A stretch of 64,000 nucleotides of DNA from an uncultured virus (IMG/VR IMGVR_UViG_3300036770_002019) (Duplodnaviria > Heunggongvirae > Uroviricota > Caudoviricetes > Crassvirales). The stretch's first letter is position 1. The number at the start of each line of letters is the position of its first letter. The translations under genes and the position numbers were made by a program. The notes below the pieces were generated by a model that saw nothing but the letters and a program-made list of their open reading frames with translations, did no database searches and was not told the DNA's origin. Location of the stretch: positions 22,683-86,682 of IMG/VR virus record IMGVR_UViG_3300036770_002019, one strand, 5' to 3'. Shown one piece after another: positions 8,968 to 18,971 of this stretch.

Positions 8968-11900
8968 AGAAGTTTTTAAAAGGTATGCATAAAGACGCAG
9001 AGCGCGTTGATATGCCAGACGGTACTTACAGAGATGCTCTTAACGCTAACCTCTATTATACAAAAGGAGCTATTGTAAATGAGCAAGGAACAGTACTTGT
9101 GGGTGAATATAATTCCCCAAACTTTCCTATACAAAATATTATAGGTCAGTGCGCATTAGAAGACGGTAGAATTATAGTATTTGCTATTGACACTAATCCT
9201 GACACTAATGGAACCAATGTTATCTCTTTAGTAACCCCAAAACAAAACAAATACGAGGTATTATACAGAAACGATGATTTAAACTTTCAACCAAATTTTA
9301 CAATAGAAGCTACAGCTAAAATAGACAGTAAAAACAAAATAAAAGTCTATTTTACAGATAACTATATTTCAAAACTTGTAGAGCCAGAGACAGGGATAGA
9401 GTACATAGATGAATATAACCCACCAAGAGTGTTTGATATATCTAAACAGTTAGAGTATTTGCAGACTATTCCTACAGTTACTACTGCTGACCAAACTGTG
9501 CTGTACACAGCTGATGAAAATTTTACTGTAGATAAATTAGACATATTTATGAATGCTGGATTTATCCCAGAATTCACAACAGTAAATATAATAGAAGGAG
9601 GTGGGGTATTAAGTGGTACGTATCACTTAGCACTGGCGTATGTAGATGAAGACAGAAATACTACTAATTTCTTAACAGCTTCAAATGCAGTACACATTGT
9701 AACAACTAATGAGAACGCTCTCCCAACAGAATCTATTACAGGGGATCCACAAGGCTCTCAAAGTAATAAATCTATTTCCTGGAACTTCACAATACCAGAA
9801 GATGCAAGAAACTACACTTTTATTCAACCTGTAGTTATTCAAAGATTTGGGGGAGGTCAGAACCAAGAAACAAGTGAATTTGCATATGCGCTTGATCTTG
9901 TCAGAATAGAGCAAGGAGAAGTACAATCTGTTACATATACTGGATTAGAAACTGTAGCACAAGCAAGTGTATCTGAAGTTATAATTGATTATGTAAGATA
10001 TGAAACTGCTAAAACATTTGTGCAGTTGGATAACAGATTGTATGTATCAAATTTGCAATCTCGTGGAGATATAGGGTTTCAAAGATTTGCAAATTCTATT
10101 ACTTTGCGAGCTATAACTGAAGAAATTAAACGTTTTGACCCTAGATATTTTGATGTGATAAACATAAACAAAGGGTACACAAACTTACTATCCCCATCTA
10201 ATCAAGCATCTTTTAGACAAAATGATACTATACTAGACATTTATAAACCTATACAAGGTAACGATCACCCCGATCTAGATGACGAACAAATAGATAAGTT
10301 TACAGGAAGAGTTCGAAAAGGTTACAAAGATGTTAAACTTTCATACAATAAAAAATCTTACAGACGTTCTGAAGTATACGCTTTTTACATTTCTTTTGTT
10401 CTAAAAGATGGTACTGAAACATACGCATACCATATACCTGGAAGAAACGTATTAACAATCGGTGATACAGGATATCTTGAAAATGAATCAATTAGTGATC
10501 ATACACCTACAGATTTTGAAAATAATGTAGGTTTCAATACTGCAGAGATACTAGAACTGTATGAAAATGCTAAACTTCACCAAGTAACTGACACACAAGT
10601 TATTCTAAGCGAGATAGCTGGAGTAGAAGTATCCACAAGCTACTGGGAAAATAATGAAGAATTATATCCAGCATCTGCAGACTTCACAGTTTGGGAAACT
10701 GACGAAGATGGGGAACCTATACAAACTGGAGATTTAAGAGGAACTAAAGTTAGGCATCATAAAATGCCTTCAAACAAACACCCAAACTACTCTTTTATAA
10801 CAGGGACGCAGTCCTGGGATAATGATAACTCAAACGCAGTAAATCAATTTTCCCCAAACTTATTTGAAAATAACAATGAGAATCAAACTTTAGAACTTGC
10901 GGAAAACATAAGACTTCTTGGGGTACAGTTGGAAAATATACACATCCCCAAATTTATACTTAAGCAAGTTCAAGGATACAAAATATACTACGCTAAAAGA
11001 AACCAAAAAGATAAAACAATATTAGGTCAAAGTATCCCAGTTCCTGGGGCATTACGAGCTAATACTGTTTTAAGTATGTACACACCCATAGCAAAATTTG
11101 GGCCGTACAACAGAGCTTGGTGGATGTACGGGGGAATCCCCCCGTCAGGACTCTATTATCCGCTAATAGATTCTAAATTTTTTAACGGGAGTTTTTACAA
11201 AGGCTTCTCTATTTTCAAGTTTCATGATTTTAACCTGCTTAAAAATAAGCACACATTAAGTGGGGCATCTCACGTGGATGTTCAAAGCATACTAACATTT
11301 AGATATTACGCAGGAGGACCTGGGTCTAAAGATAGACCTGTACCAGACAACGATTCTCATACATTTTCTAATACAGAGTGGGGACCTAACGCGGAGATAG
11401 GAAATACCTCATTCCCTAATGATCCAGATAATCAATACGTGTCTGGGATTAGAGCTTGGGCTACATCTGTGTTTATAGCTGCTGGATATCATGAACCACA
11501 AACAGTTACCTACAGCACTCAATTCTTTTTGCAAAACAGTGTAGTAGCTAATAAACTCAACAACATACAGAGTATATACACAATACAACCTAAGAGTACA
11601 ACATATTTACCTGGTTCTACACATTTAGAAACTACAGACTCTGGAGCTTATCATGGAGCTAGATATTTATTAAATTTTGCAGGGGAATCTTCAATAGCAG
11701 TTGGATTAAGTTCAGGTCTCCCAATGCTAGTAGGATTTTTACTAAACGCAGAATCTCCTGACAGACCTGACGCATCTCAAGAATTTTGGTGGTACCCAAA
11801 TAATGGATGGTTAAATCCTGAAAATGGGGAGGTTGGTAATTTTAACTGGGTTCTGAATCTAAATAAACCTTACCTAGATCCCCTAGAAACATTCTCAGTC

Positions 11901-14012
11901 GGTGGGCATCCCGCAGCTTACTTAATTAATCTATGTACAATTAAAGAAAATGTATATGATTCTTTTGACGAACAGCAACTGGTTTGGACAGGATATTATA
12001 AATCTTTAAGAAACGTAGATATAAATACAGGAGAAGATCTTGTAGATTCTAATAACTACTACGAAGGAGCTCAGTCTGAAGAAGTGTTTGGGGGAGATAC
12101 CTATATAACTAGATATGGATTTAGAAGTACAGTTCTTTCGTACGGACATCATAACTGGATTGGGGGAGGTACACAAACAGATATCCCATTTAATTTATCT
12201 ACTGGATTTACAGGAAGTACTGAGATATGGGATAGTTCATTTGACGCAGATACGTTACTAGGTACTGACGAAGCTAACACAGATCTCGGCAGTAGTTATA
12301 GATGGGTAATAGGTAATAACACCCCAATAGCTACTATATTTTATTTCTACTGCGAATCTGAAGATTTAATAGGGTATCGACATTCTGCAGATGCATTGGC
12401 AGGAGTACCTGAAAAAGATGGCAGATTCTTTGATGGGTCTGTAGCCGCATCTGTATTGTTTAAAAGTCCAGTTAGTGATGGTACCAGCATGGATAACATG
12501 CTCTACATGAATAACTATTCTTTAGGGCAAGATATAAAAGTAGCTATTCCTCTCCCTAAAACTTTTGATAATGTAACTGTATTTCCTACAAGAACAATTA
12601 GAAGCGAAGTAGACGAAGGCACATTAGACGACAAGTATAGAAAGTATAAAGCATTAGAATACAAAGATGTGCCTAAAAACAGAGGTAGTGTATGGGATAT
12701 TTTTACCGTAGGTTCTGTATTGTACATACATACAAAAAACTCTTTGTTTGTAACAAAAGGTAAAGAAAATCTTCAACTGGGGGATGCTTCACAAGCATTT
12801 ATCGGTAGTGGGGATATATTTAGCCAAGATCCTGATGAACTAGTTTCTACAACTGAAGGATATGGTGGTACAGATGCTCAATTTGCAAGTATCACTACTC
12901 GATACGGACACTTCTTTATTAACAGAAATTATCGTAAGGTATTTCTATTTACTAATCAAATAGAAGAAATAAGTTCATATGGTATGGAGAAGTGGTTTAT
13001 AGATAACCTACCATACACAATAGAAAATTTTGGGGTAGATTTAAGTTTGTATCCTTCAATAAGTACGGATGCTCCTACAAACTATTTTGGATTTACAGCT
13101 GGGTATGATCCTAAATTTAAAAGAATCCTATTAACTAAAACAGAGTTAAAACCTACACCTTTGTTTATAAGTTTGTTTAACAACAACTTAATACAAGTAG
13201 TAGAAGGAATTATGCAGTTCCCTACAAACTATCAAGGCAGTGTTATATTTGGGGAGTTAACTTTTGAAAATACTAACTTCTTTACACGAGGAGGTTGGAC
13301 ATTATCCTATTACCCAGAATACAAATTTTGGGGAAGCAGGCATAGTTATATCCCACGTATATATTCTTATACGACTTCTGAATACTATAGTTTAGTAAAC
13401 TTTTCAGAATCAGAAGAAGGACAAGTTTGGGAACATAGTGATTTGAATAACCCTGGAAACTTTTACAATACGCTTTATAATTTTGAATTTGAATACATAG
13501 ATAATAGCTCACCTGGAGCATCTAAAGTATTCTCAAGTATATATTATTGGACCGAAATTCAATCCTCTAACAATGTAAATACTATTCAATCTATAAAGTA
13601 TACCTCACCAGGATTTACTAGTTTTTATGTGTATAATACACAACAAATATCTGGGGAACCTACAACAATTAACTACTTAAACAATATACGTCTTGTAGAT
13701 AAGTTTTGGTATATAAATAGTTTTAGAGATTTATCTTTAACTGCTAGCTTAACTACGACTGATTTAGTAACTAACACACCTAACGTACAAGAAGTGTTTG
13801 TTCAAGGTGTTACTGCCCCTATTCAAGACACAACAATGTTTGTTGAAGAAGGAGTAGTAAATTTAGACTACATTGACTCATCTAAAGATTGGTTTGAACA
13901 AAGAAGATTTGTAGATCAGTATCTAGGTGTAAGATTGATATGCAACAATTTAACAGGAAATTTGGTACATTTGTATGCAGCTGGGACTAAATTTCGCAAC
14001 TCATTCAGATAA
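8964..14012 (+). CDS. Tail stabilisation/muzzle protein
   Basis: 1682 aa, GTG start; F..GM.KD N-terminus, GGDTYI, GYDPKFKRILLT, WTLSY..KFWGSRHSYIP; crAss-like synteny. Confidence 0.75.
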   Translation: MKKFLKGMHKDAERVDMPDGTYRDALNANLYYTKGAIVNEQGTVLVGEYNSPNFPIQNIIGQCALEDGRIIVFAIDTNPDTNGTNVISLVTPKQNKYEVLYRNDDLNFQPNFTIEATAKIDSKNKIKVYFTDNYISKLVEPETGIEYIDEYNPPRVFDISKQLEYLQTIPTVTTADQTVLYTADENFTVDKLDIFMNAGFIPEFTTVNIIEGGGVLSGTYHLALAYVDEDRNTTNFLTASNAVHIVTTNENALPTESITGDPQGSQSNKSISWNFTIPEDARNYTFIQPVVIQRFGGGQNQETSEFAYALDLVRIEQGEVQSVTYTGLETVAQASVSEVIIDYVRYETAKTFVQLDNRLYVSNLQSRGDIGFQRFANSITLRAITEEIKRFDPRYFDVININKGYTNLLSPSNQASFRQNDTILDIYKPIQGNDHPDLDDEQIDKFTGRVRKGYKDVKLSYNKKSYRRSEVYAFYISFVLKDGTETYAYHIPGRNVLTIGDTGYLENESISDHTPTDFENNVGFNTAEILELYENAKLHQVTDTQVILSEIAGVEVSTSYWENNEELYPASADFTVWETDEDGEPIQTGDLRGTKVRHHKMPSNKHPNYSFITGTQSWDNDNSNAVNQFSPNLFENNNENQTLELAENIRLLGVQLENIHIPKFILKQVQGYKIYYAKRNQKDKTILGQSIPVPGALRANTVLSMYTPIAKFGPYNRAWWMYGGIPPSGLYYPLIDSKFFNGSFYKGFSIFKFHDFNLLKNKHTLSGASHVDVQSILTFRYYAGGPGSKDRPVPDNDSHTFSNTEWGPNAEIGNTSFPNDPDNQYVSGIRAWATSVFIAAGYHEPQTVTYSTQFFLQNSVVANKLNNIQSIYTIQPKSTTYLPGSTHLETTDSGAYHGARYLLNFAGESSIAVGLSSGLPMLVGFLLNAESPDRPDASQEFWWYPNNGWLNPENGEVGNFNWVLNLNKPYLDPLETFSVGGHPAAYLINLCTIKENVYDSFDEQQLVWTGYYKSLRNVDINTGEDLVDSNNYYEGAQSEEVFGGDTYITRYGFRSTVLSYGHHNWIGGGTQTDIPFNLSTGFTGSTEIWDSSFDADTLLGTDEANTDLGSSYRWVIGNNTPIATIFYFYCESEDLIGYRHSADALAGVPEKDGRFFDGSVAASVLFKSPVSDGTSMDNMLYMNNYSLGQDIKVAIPLPKTFDNVTVFPTRTIRSEVDEGTLDDKYRKYKALEYKDVPKNRGSVWDIFTVGSVLYIHTKNSLFVTKGKENLQLGDASQAFIGSGDIFSQDPDELVSTTEGYGGTDAQFASITTRYGHFFINRNYRKVFLFTNQIEEISSYGMEKWFIDNLPYTIENFGVDLSLYPSISTDAPTNYFGFTAGYDPKFKRILLTKTELKPTPLFISLFNNNLIQVVEGIMQFPTNYQGSVIFGELTFENTNFFTRGGWTLSYYPEYKFWGSRHSYIPRIYSYTTSEYYSLVNFSESEEGQVWEHSDLNNPGNFYNTLYNFEFEYIDNSSPGASKVFSSIYYWTEIQSSNNVNTIQSIKYTSPGFTSFYVYNTQQISGEPTTINYLNNIRLVDKFWYINSFRDLSLTASLTTTDLVTNTPNVQEVFVQGVTAPIQDTTMFVEEGVVNLDYIDSSKDWFEQRRFVDQYLGVRLICNNLTGNLVHLYAAGTKFRNSFR

Positions 14013-16894
14013 TGAAATCTTCAACTAAAAAATACTTTAACTCTGATAAGAAGTTTAACAAGCGAATTAAAAAGCAGGCTAGCGCTTTACCTTTAAGTGC
14101 TACAACTACTACTTTACAGACCGATGCTGATCAGCAAGGAACTTTGGGATTGTTGCAGCAAACTCAATTAGAGCAAGAACGTGCTCTACAACAAGAAGCT
14201 ACCGCAGAGTATCAACAACAGCTTGAAGCAGAACAGCAAAGAACACAGCAAGCAGTGTCTGCGATCCCTCAAGCTTTAACAACAGCTAAAGAAGTTAGTA
14301 GCACAGCAAAAGATGCAATAGCAGCTTTAGGGCAAAAAGGTGCAAAAGTTGCAGGTAAAGGATTCGCTAAAACGTCTACAGCTGTAGCTCCTGTTGCATT
14401 AGCAGCTACTTTAGCAGGGGAGGGTATTAAATATTTCTCAGCTGATGACGATGATACAAAATATAATGCAGGTGAAATCGGTGGAGGACTTCTTTCAGGT
14501 GCAGGACAAGGAGCTTCTTACGGAGCCTTAGCTGGAAGCATTATACCTGGATTTGGGAATGTTGCAGGTGCGGCAATAGGAGCAACAATAGGCGCTGGTG
14601 TAAGCGGAGCTAAAATGCTTATAGATAGAAAGAACGCTAGAGAGGGGCAAGAGTTAGAAGATAGAATTAAGAGCAGACGTGATACAGAATTTGCACAAAG
14701 AAATACAGATTTATTTAACCAAGCATTTGGGGCTCAAGGAAGAGATCTAGGTTACAATGTAGGATCAAGTGTTTCTAACTCTTACTTACCTGGGTTTCAA
14801 AGAGCAGAAACTGGGGGTAAAAAAGTCCCTGGGGGAGTTATTAAACCTCTCCCATTTGGGGCAGTTGAATTTAGAGGTAATAAACATGGGGAGTCAGGTA
14901 AAGGCTCTGATAGTGGTATTATCTTAGAAGAGGGGGGTAAAATGTCTCCTGGTGTAGAGGTAGAGGATAAGGAAACTATGGATAAGGTCAAATTCGCTAA
15001 CGGTAGAGAAGATGACTACATATTTTCTTCTTACTTAAAACTTGGAGGGAAATCATTTGCACAAAGACATAAAGAAATTCTTCAATCTGGGGGAGATCAG
15101 GAGCAGATACAAAACTTAGCTAAAATGCAAGAAGAAAAAGCTAAGGAAGTTGAACGTACTCCTGTAGGACCAACTGATCAATACGGTCCAAGAGGTCAAG
15201 AATATATTGCTAAGTATGGGGGAGTTAGAAAAAAATATCAAGCTGGTATGGGACCAATTGCTGGAAGGCAGTCTAATTATAACTCATCTATGGTTAGACC
15301 TATAGAAGAAGTGGCAGCATACCACAAAGCCATGGGAAAAGATTCTTTTTGGTACAAGTTTAAACCATATGATATAAAAGATTTTTTTAAAGATGAGGTA
15401 GTAGAATTCCCAAAAACATTTCAACAACTAGACTCTGCTAAATACAGTGTTCCTTTAAATATTCCACAACCTACTCCACAACCTAAACAATATGGTGGTA
15501 GGATGAAAGCTCAGACATCATTACCACCAGAGCAACAAGCACGTGTCGAAGAAAGTAAAAATCTACTGGATGCAATTGACGCCGGGGCTATTCAAGCTGG
15601 AGATTATGCAGGTGCCCAAGTTGCAGCTCAAAGTGCAGCTGCTAATGCCGCAGCCGCAGATACTCCTGTACAAACGCTAGAAATGCAGCCTACGACCTTA
15701 TTTCCATATTTAGACCTTTTAAATAATCCTAATTTTAGGCTAATGATGGAAAATGCGGAACGAAGAAGTCAAAGGCCAGCTACCCAAACTTCTGCAGCTG
15801 AATCAAATGAAGCTACTACTGATACAACTGAATTTAATGGTCAAGGATTAACCCCAGACAATACACCTAATTTACCAGCAGGAATGGCTTGGTTTGACAA
15901 TGGGGATGGTACATGGTCTATAATTCCAAGTGTAGCAGTAGGGGAAGCAGAGGTAGTAACAAAGAGAAAGCGTACACCACTATTTCCAAATATGCCGTAT
16001 GAGGAAGAAACAGGTATGCAAACAAAAGAGAACAAAGATGAATCTACTTTAGACTTTAAAAAAGAACAAAAGTTAAACATCCCACCCCCAAGAGTAAGAG
16101 ATGTTCCTCCTTTAGCTTATTTAGGAACTGCAGCTCAATTGCTTGGGCCATTAATGGCTTTAAGAACTTCTTACCCCGAACCTCAAAAAATAAGTGCAGG
16201 AGTTCAAGGTTTAACTAAATTGGGGAGAGTAAATTTCAACGCAGAAAGAGCAACAAATATAAATAGCTCTACAGCGGCTAACAGATTTATTCAAAACACT
16301 AGTGCGGGACCTGCAGCAATTGCAGCTACTATTGCAAGTAATAATGCAGCTCGTGAAGGATCTATGCAACTGGCATCTCAAGAAGCTAGAACAAATATGC
16401 AATTAGCTAATGCAGAAGAGCAATTAAATGCTAATATTGTAGCACAAAATATGGCTAGAGATTTGCAAGCTCAAGGATTGAATACTGAAGCTCAAAATAT
16501 GCTTGATCAACTTGAGTATCAAAATCGAATAAATGCTTTTGATACTATGGGGGCTATAGGAGCTCAGTTTGCATCTGATGTAATGCAATATAAAGCTACG
16601 GAAAGAGAAGCACGCGCTAATCAAATTGCTGGGGAATATACTCGTGAAGGATACGTTACTGCAATGCAGAATCGCCCTAAATATAGACGAATGCTTAAAG
16701 AAGCGGGTATTGATCCTAATGATACTCGCACAGTGCAAAGAATTGCTGCAGAAATGTACAATCCAAATATGACTCTCGACGAACAAGAAGAAATGTTTAG
16801 ACAATATGTTATTGAGCTAAATAAAACTAAAGAGAAAGAAGACAAAAGATTTGGGGGTTATATAAAGAAATACGGTAAAGTCTCTAAAAAATAA
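14012..16894 (+). CDS. Virion cargo/ejection protein
   Basis: Gly/Ala-rich TM-like segment, GNKHGESG and EVEDKET motifs, Q-rich coils, no Cys. Confidence 0.65.
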   Translation: MKSSTKKYFNSDKKFNKRIKKQASALPLSATTTTLQTDADQQGTLGLLQQTQLEQERALQQEATAEYQQQLEAEQQRTQQAVSAIPQALTTAKEVSSTAKDAIAALGQKGAKVAGKGFAKTSTAVAPVALAATLAGEGIKYFSADDDDTKYNAGEIGGGLLSGAGQGASYGALAGSIIPGFGNVAGAAIGATIGAGVSGAKMLIDRKNAREGQELEDRIKSRRDTEFAQRNTDLFNQAFGAQGRDLGYNVGSSVSNSYLPGFQRAETGGKKVPGGVIKPLPFGAVEFRGNKHGESGKGSDSGIILEEGGKMSPGVEVEDKETMDKVKFANGREDDYIFSSYLKLGGKSFAQRHKEILQSGGDQEQIQNLAKMQEEKAKEVERTPVGPTDQYGPRGQEYIAKYGGVRKKYQAGMGPIAGRQSNYNSSMVRPIEEVAAYHKAMGKDSFWYKFKPYDIKDFFKDEVVEFPKTFQQLDSAKYSVPLNIPQPTPQPKQYGGRMKAQTSLPPEQQARVEESKNLLDAIDAGAIQAGDYAGAQVAAQSAAANAAAADTPVQTLEMQPTTLFPYLDLLNNPNFRLMMENAERRSQRPATQTSAAESNEATTDTTEFNGQGLTPDNTPNLPAGMAWFDNGDGTWSIIPSVAVGEAEVVTKRKRTPLFPNMPYEEETGMQTKENKDESTLDFKKEQKLNIPPPRVRDVPPLAYLGTAAQLLGPLMALRTSYPEPQKISAGVQGLTKLGRVNFNAERATNINSSTAANRFIQNTSAGPAAIAATIASNNAAREGSMQLASQEARTNMQLANAEEQLNANIVAQNMARDLQAQGLNTEAQNMLDQLEYQNRINAFDTMGAIGAQFASDVMQYKATEREARANQIAGEYTREGYVTAMQNRPKYRRMLKEAGIDPNDTRTVQRIAAEMYNPNMTLDEQEEMFRQYVIELNKTKEKEDKRFGGYIKKYGKVSKK

Positions 16895-16898
16895 TACT

Positions 16899-18971
16899 AT
16901 GAGATTAGATTCTATAAGGTTTAATGCCCCAAGAAGTATGTACGTAGATCCAAGATCCGTACAAGTTAGTAATACTTTAAGAGAAAGGTATGCCTCTAAC
17001 TTTCAGTCAGTTGACCAACTAGAAGCACAACTTGCAGCTTTAAATGTAGCAGATTTTGAAGGAGATCAAAAACTTAAAAAACAGTTATTAGAATCCACTA
17101 GATCTAGACTTGAAGCTTTAGCTGAAAGAGGGGATTATGAAAATCTATCTTTACCTGTGGCGCAAACAGCTCAACAGTTTAGAAAGCAATACACCCCATT
17201 AGAACAGAACTTTAATAAATACCAAGAGTATGTAGCAGAAGTGAATCGCCGATATAAAGAAGGGGAGATAGATGCAGAAACATATGCAGAAGCTATCCCT
17301 GCAGCTAAACATAGCTATACAGGATTACAAGTAGATGAATCTGGGAATATTGATCCTAAAAGCTACTTCTCTGGGATGCAACTTGTAAAAGATGTAGAGA
17401 TTTTCCCATTAGTTGAAGAATCTATTAAAGGAATAGTTGCAGAGGAGTTTGGACAGCAAGCTCAATATCTAGGGCAAGGTCCTGATGGTCAATTTAAAGT
17501 GTCTACTTCTGATGGAATAAGGTTTGTATCTGCTGAAAGAGTACAAGCTATTTATCAAGAAGTATTAGCTAGACCTGATGTACAAGCAGCATTGGCTCAA
17601 AAAGCTAAATTAAGAACTTATAATTTAGACGGTACGCAGATACAAAACACTATCAATACTGACATTCAAACATATCAAGAAGAATTAGCTAAAGCTCAAA
17701 CTTTGTTAACTACAGGAGGACTAAATGCTCAAGAAACAACACAGGTACAAAAAACTATGGATCAAATCCAAGGAGAAATAACCAGGTTAAGTACTCTTGG
17801 GGAGAGTCGACAAAGAGAGTATATTCAAGATAGGGAAATTGAAGGAATACTAAGACCGATTACTTCTGCAGTACTTGCTAAGAATGTTTGGCAGCAGAGA
17901 CCTGCTTCTGAGAATTATACTAGACAGGATTGGGATGAAATGTATAAAATGTACCGTGATGATAGTTTACAAAGATCAAGAGCGGCAGCTGCAGATAAAA
18001 CCGTTCCAGTAGCTATAGATGCTGCAGGAAATGTTGTAATACAACAAGAAGCAGATCCTAATAGTGTTATTGCAAGTATGGATGCAAGTTTAAAAGCTAC
18101 TAAAGAGTATGAAAGAATTGCTAAAGAAGAAAATTTAAGTCCCGAAGCATTAAAAAGTAACGAAGAGGCTAGAATTGCTCAGTACATAAATTACGATCTT
18201 GCACAAGAGAGGCTTTTAGGGGCAGCTCTGGAGGCAGGAGTAGTAGTAGAATTAGCTGCCAATGGCAGACCTAAAAATACATCATGGTGGACAAATCTAT
18301 CTCCAAAGGAACTATCTAAAATAGAAAATGTATTTGAAGATGATGAAAGTCCTTACTACTGGCAAAAACCTGTAAATCTATCTATGCAAGTATCTGATAA
18401 CGAAACTTTTGCCAAATTCAAAACAGAAGTTATTAGGGCTTTTGAAGGCGCCCCACAATTAGCTGCTCAAATTTTAAATAAAAACGGAGAGTTTGAAACA
18501 GGTAAACTTGGAGATCTTGAAGGTAAAAAGATATCAAATATTGGTATATCTAGAGCCCCCTACCAAGGTATGTCAAGTACTAACCAAATTCAAATTACTT
18601 ACGAAGATGGGACAGTAGCTATGGTAGATGCAAGTAAAGTTACATCTCCAGTGTTAGACGAAATACAATCTTCCCCAGTGTTTAAAATGAACTCGGTAAC
18701 TCAAGCAGTAAGTCTTAACCCAAGATTTAATAGTACAACCCCATATGTACTTGCTACTCAATTTAAACTAACTAATGATGCAGGAGTTGAACAGAAAAAG
18801 CACGTACAGATTCTTATCTATCCTGCAGATAGAATAACGGATCAGACATACAAATTAGAGGATACTAGATATCAAGTAGTTATTGATGAGAAACCATCTC
18901 CTAAAATGACTCCTGCAGAATTAGCTACTGAGCTGGAAACTACTGGTCTTGGAACAATCATACTACCATGA
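16899..18971 (+). CDS. Virion cargo/ejection protein
   Basis: Helical, Cys-free protein between the muzzle and giant cargo genes. Confidence 0.6.
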   Translation: MRLDSIRFNAPRSMYVDPRSVQVSNTLRERYASNFQSVDQLEAQLAALNVADFEGDQKLKKQLLESTRSRLEALAERGDYENLSLPVAQTAQQFRKQYTPLEQNFNKYQEYVAEVNRRYKEGEIDAETYAEAIPAAKHSYTGLQVDESGNIDPKSYFSGMQLVKDVEIFPLVEESIKGIVAEEFGQQAQYLGQGPDGQFKVSTSDGIRFVSAERVQAIYQEVLARPDVQAALAQKAKLRTYNLDGTQIQNTINTDIQTYQEELAKAQTLLTTGGLNAQETTQVQKTMDQIQGEITRLSTLGESRQREYIQDREIEGILRPITSAVLAKNVWQQRPASENYTRQDWDEMYKMYRDDSLQRSRAAAADKTVPVAIDAAGNVVIQQEADPNSVIASMDASLKATKEYERIAKEENLSPEALKSNEEARIAQYINYDLAQERLLGAALEAGVVVELAANGRPKNTSWWTNLSPKELSKIENVFEDDESPYYWQKPVNLSMQVSDNETFAKFKTEVIRAFEGAPQLAAQILNKNGEFETGKLGDLEGKKISNIGISRAPYQGMSSTNQIQITYEDGTVAMVDASKVTSPVLDEIQSSPVFKMNSVTQAVSLNPRFNSTTPYVLATQFKLTNDAGVEQKKHVQILIYPADRITDQTYKLEDTRYQVVIDEKPSPKMTPAELATELETTGLGTIILP

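Noticed and set aside
13966-13973. TACATTTG host-type promoter upstream of the cargo genes
   Set aside because: It lies inside a CDS, has no clearly spaced -33 element, and the short motif is expected by chance
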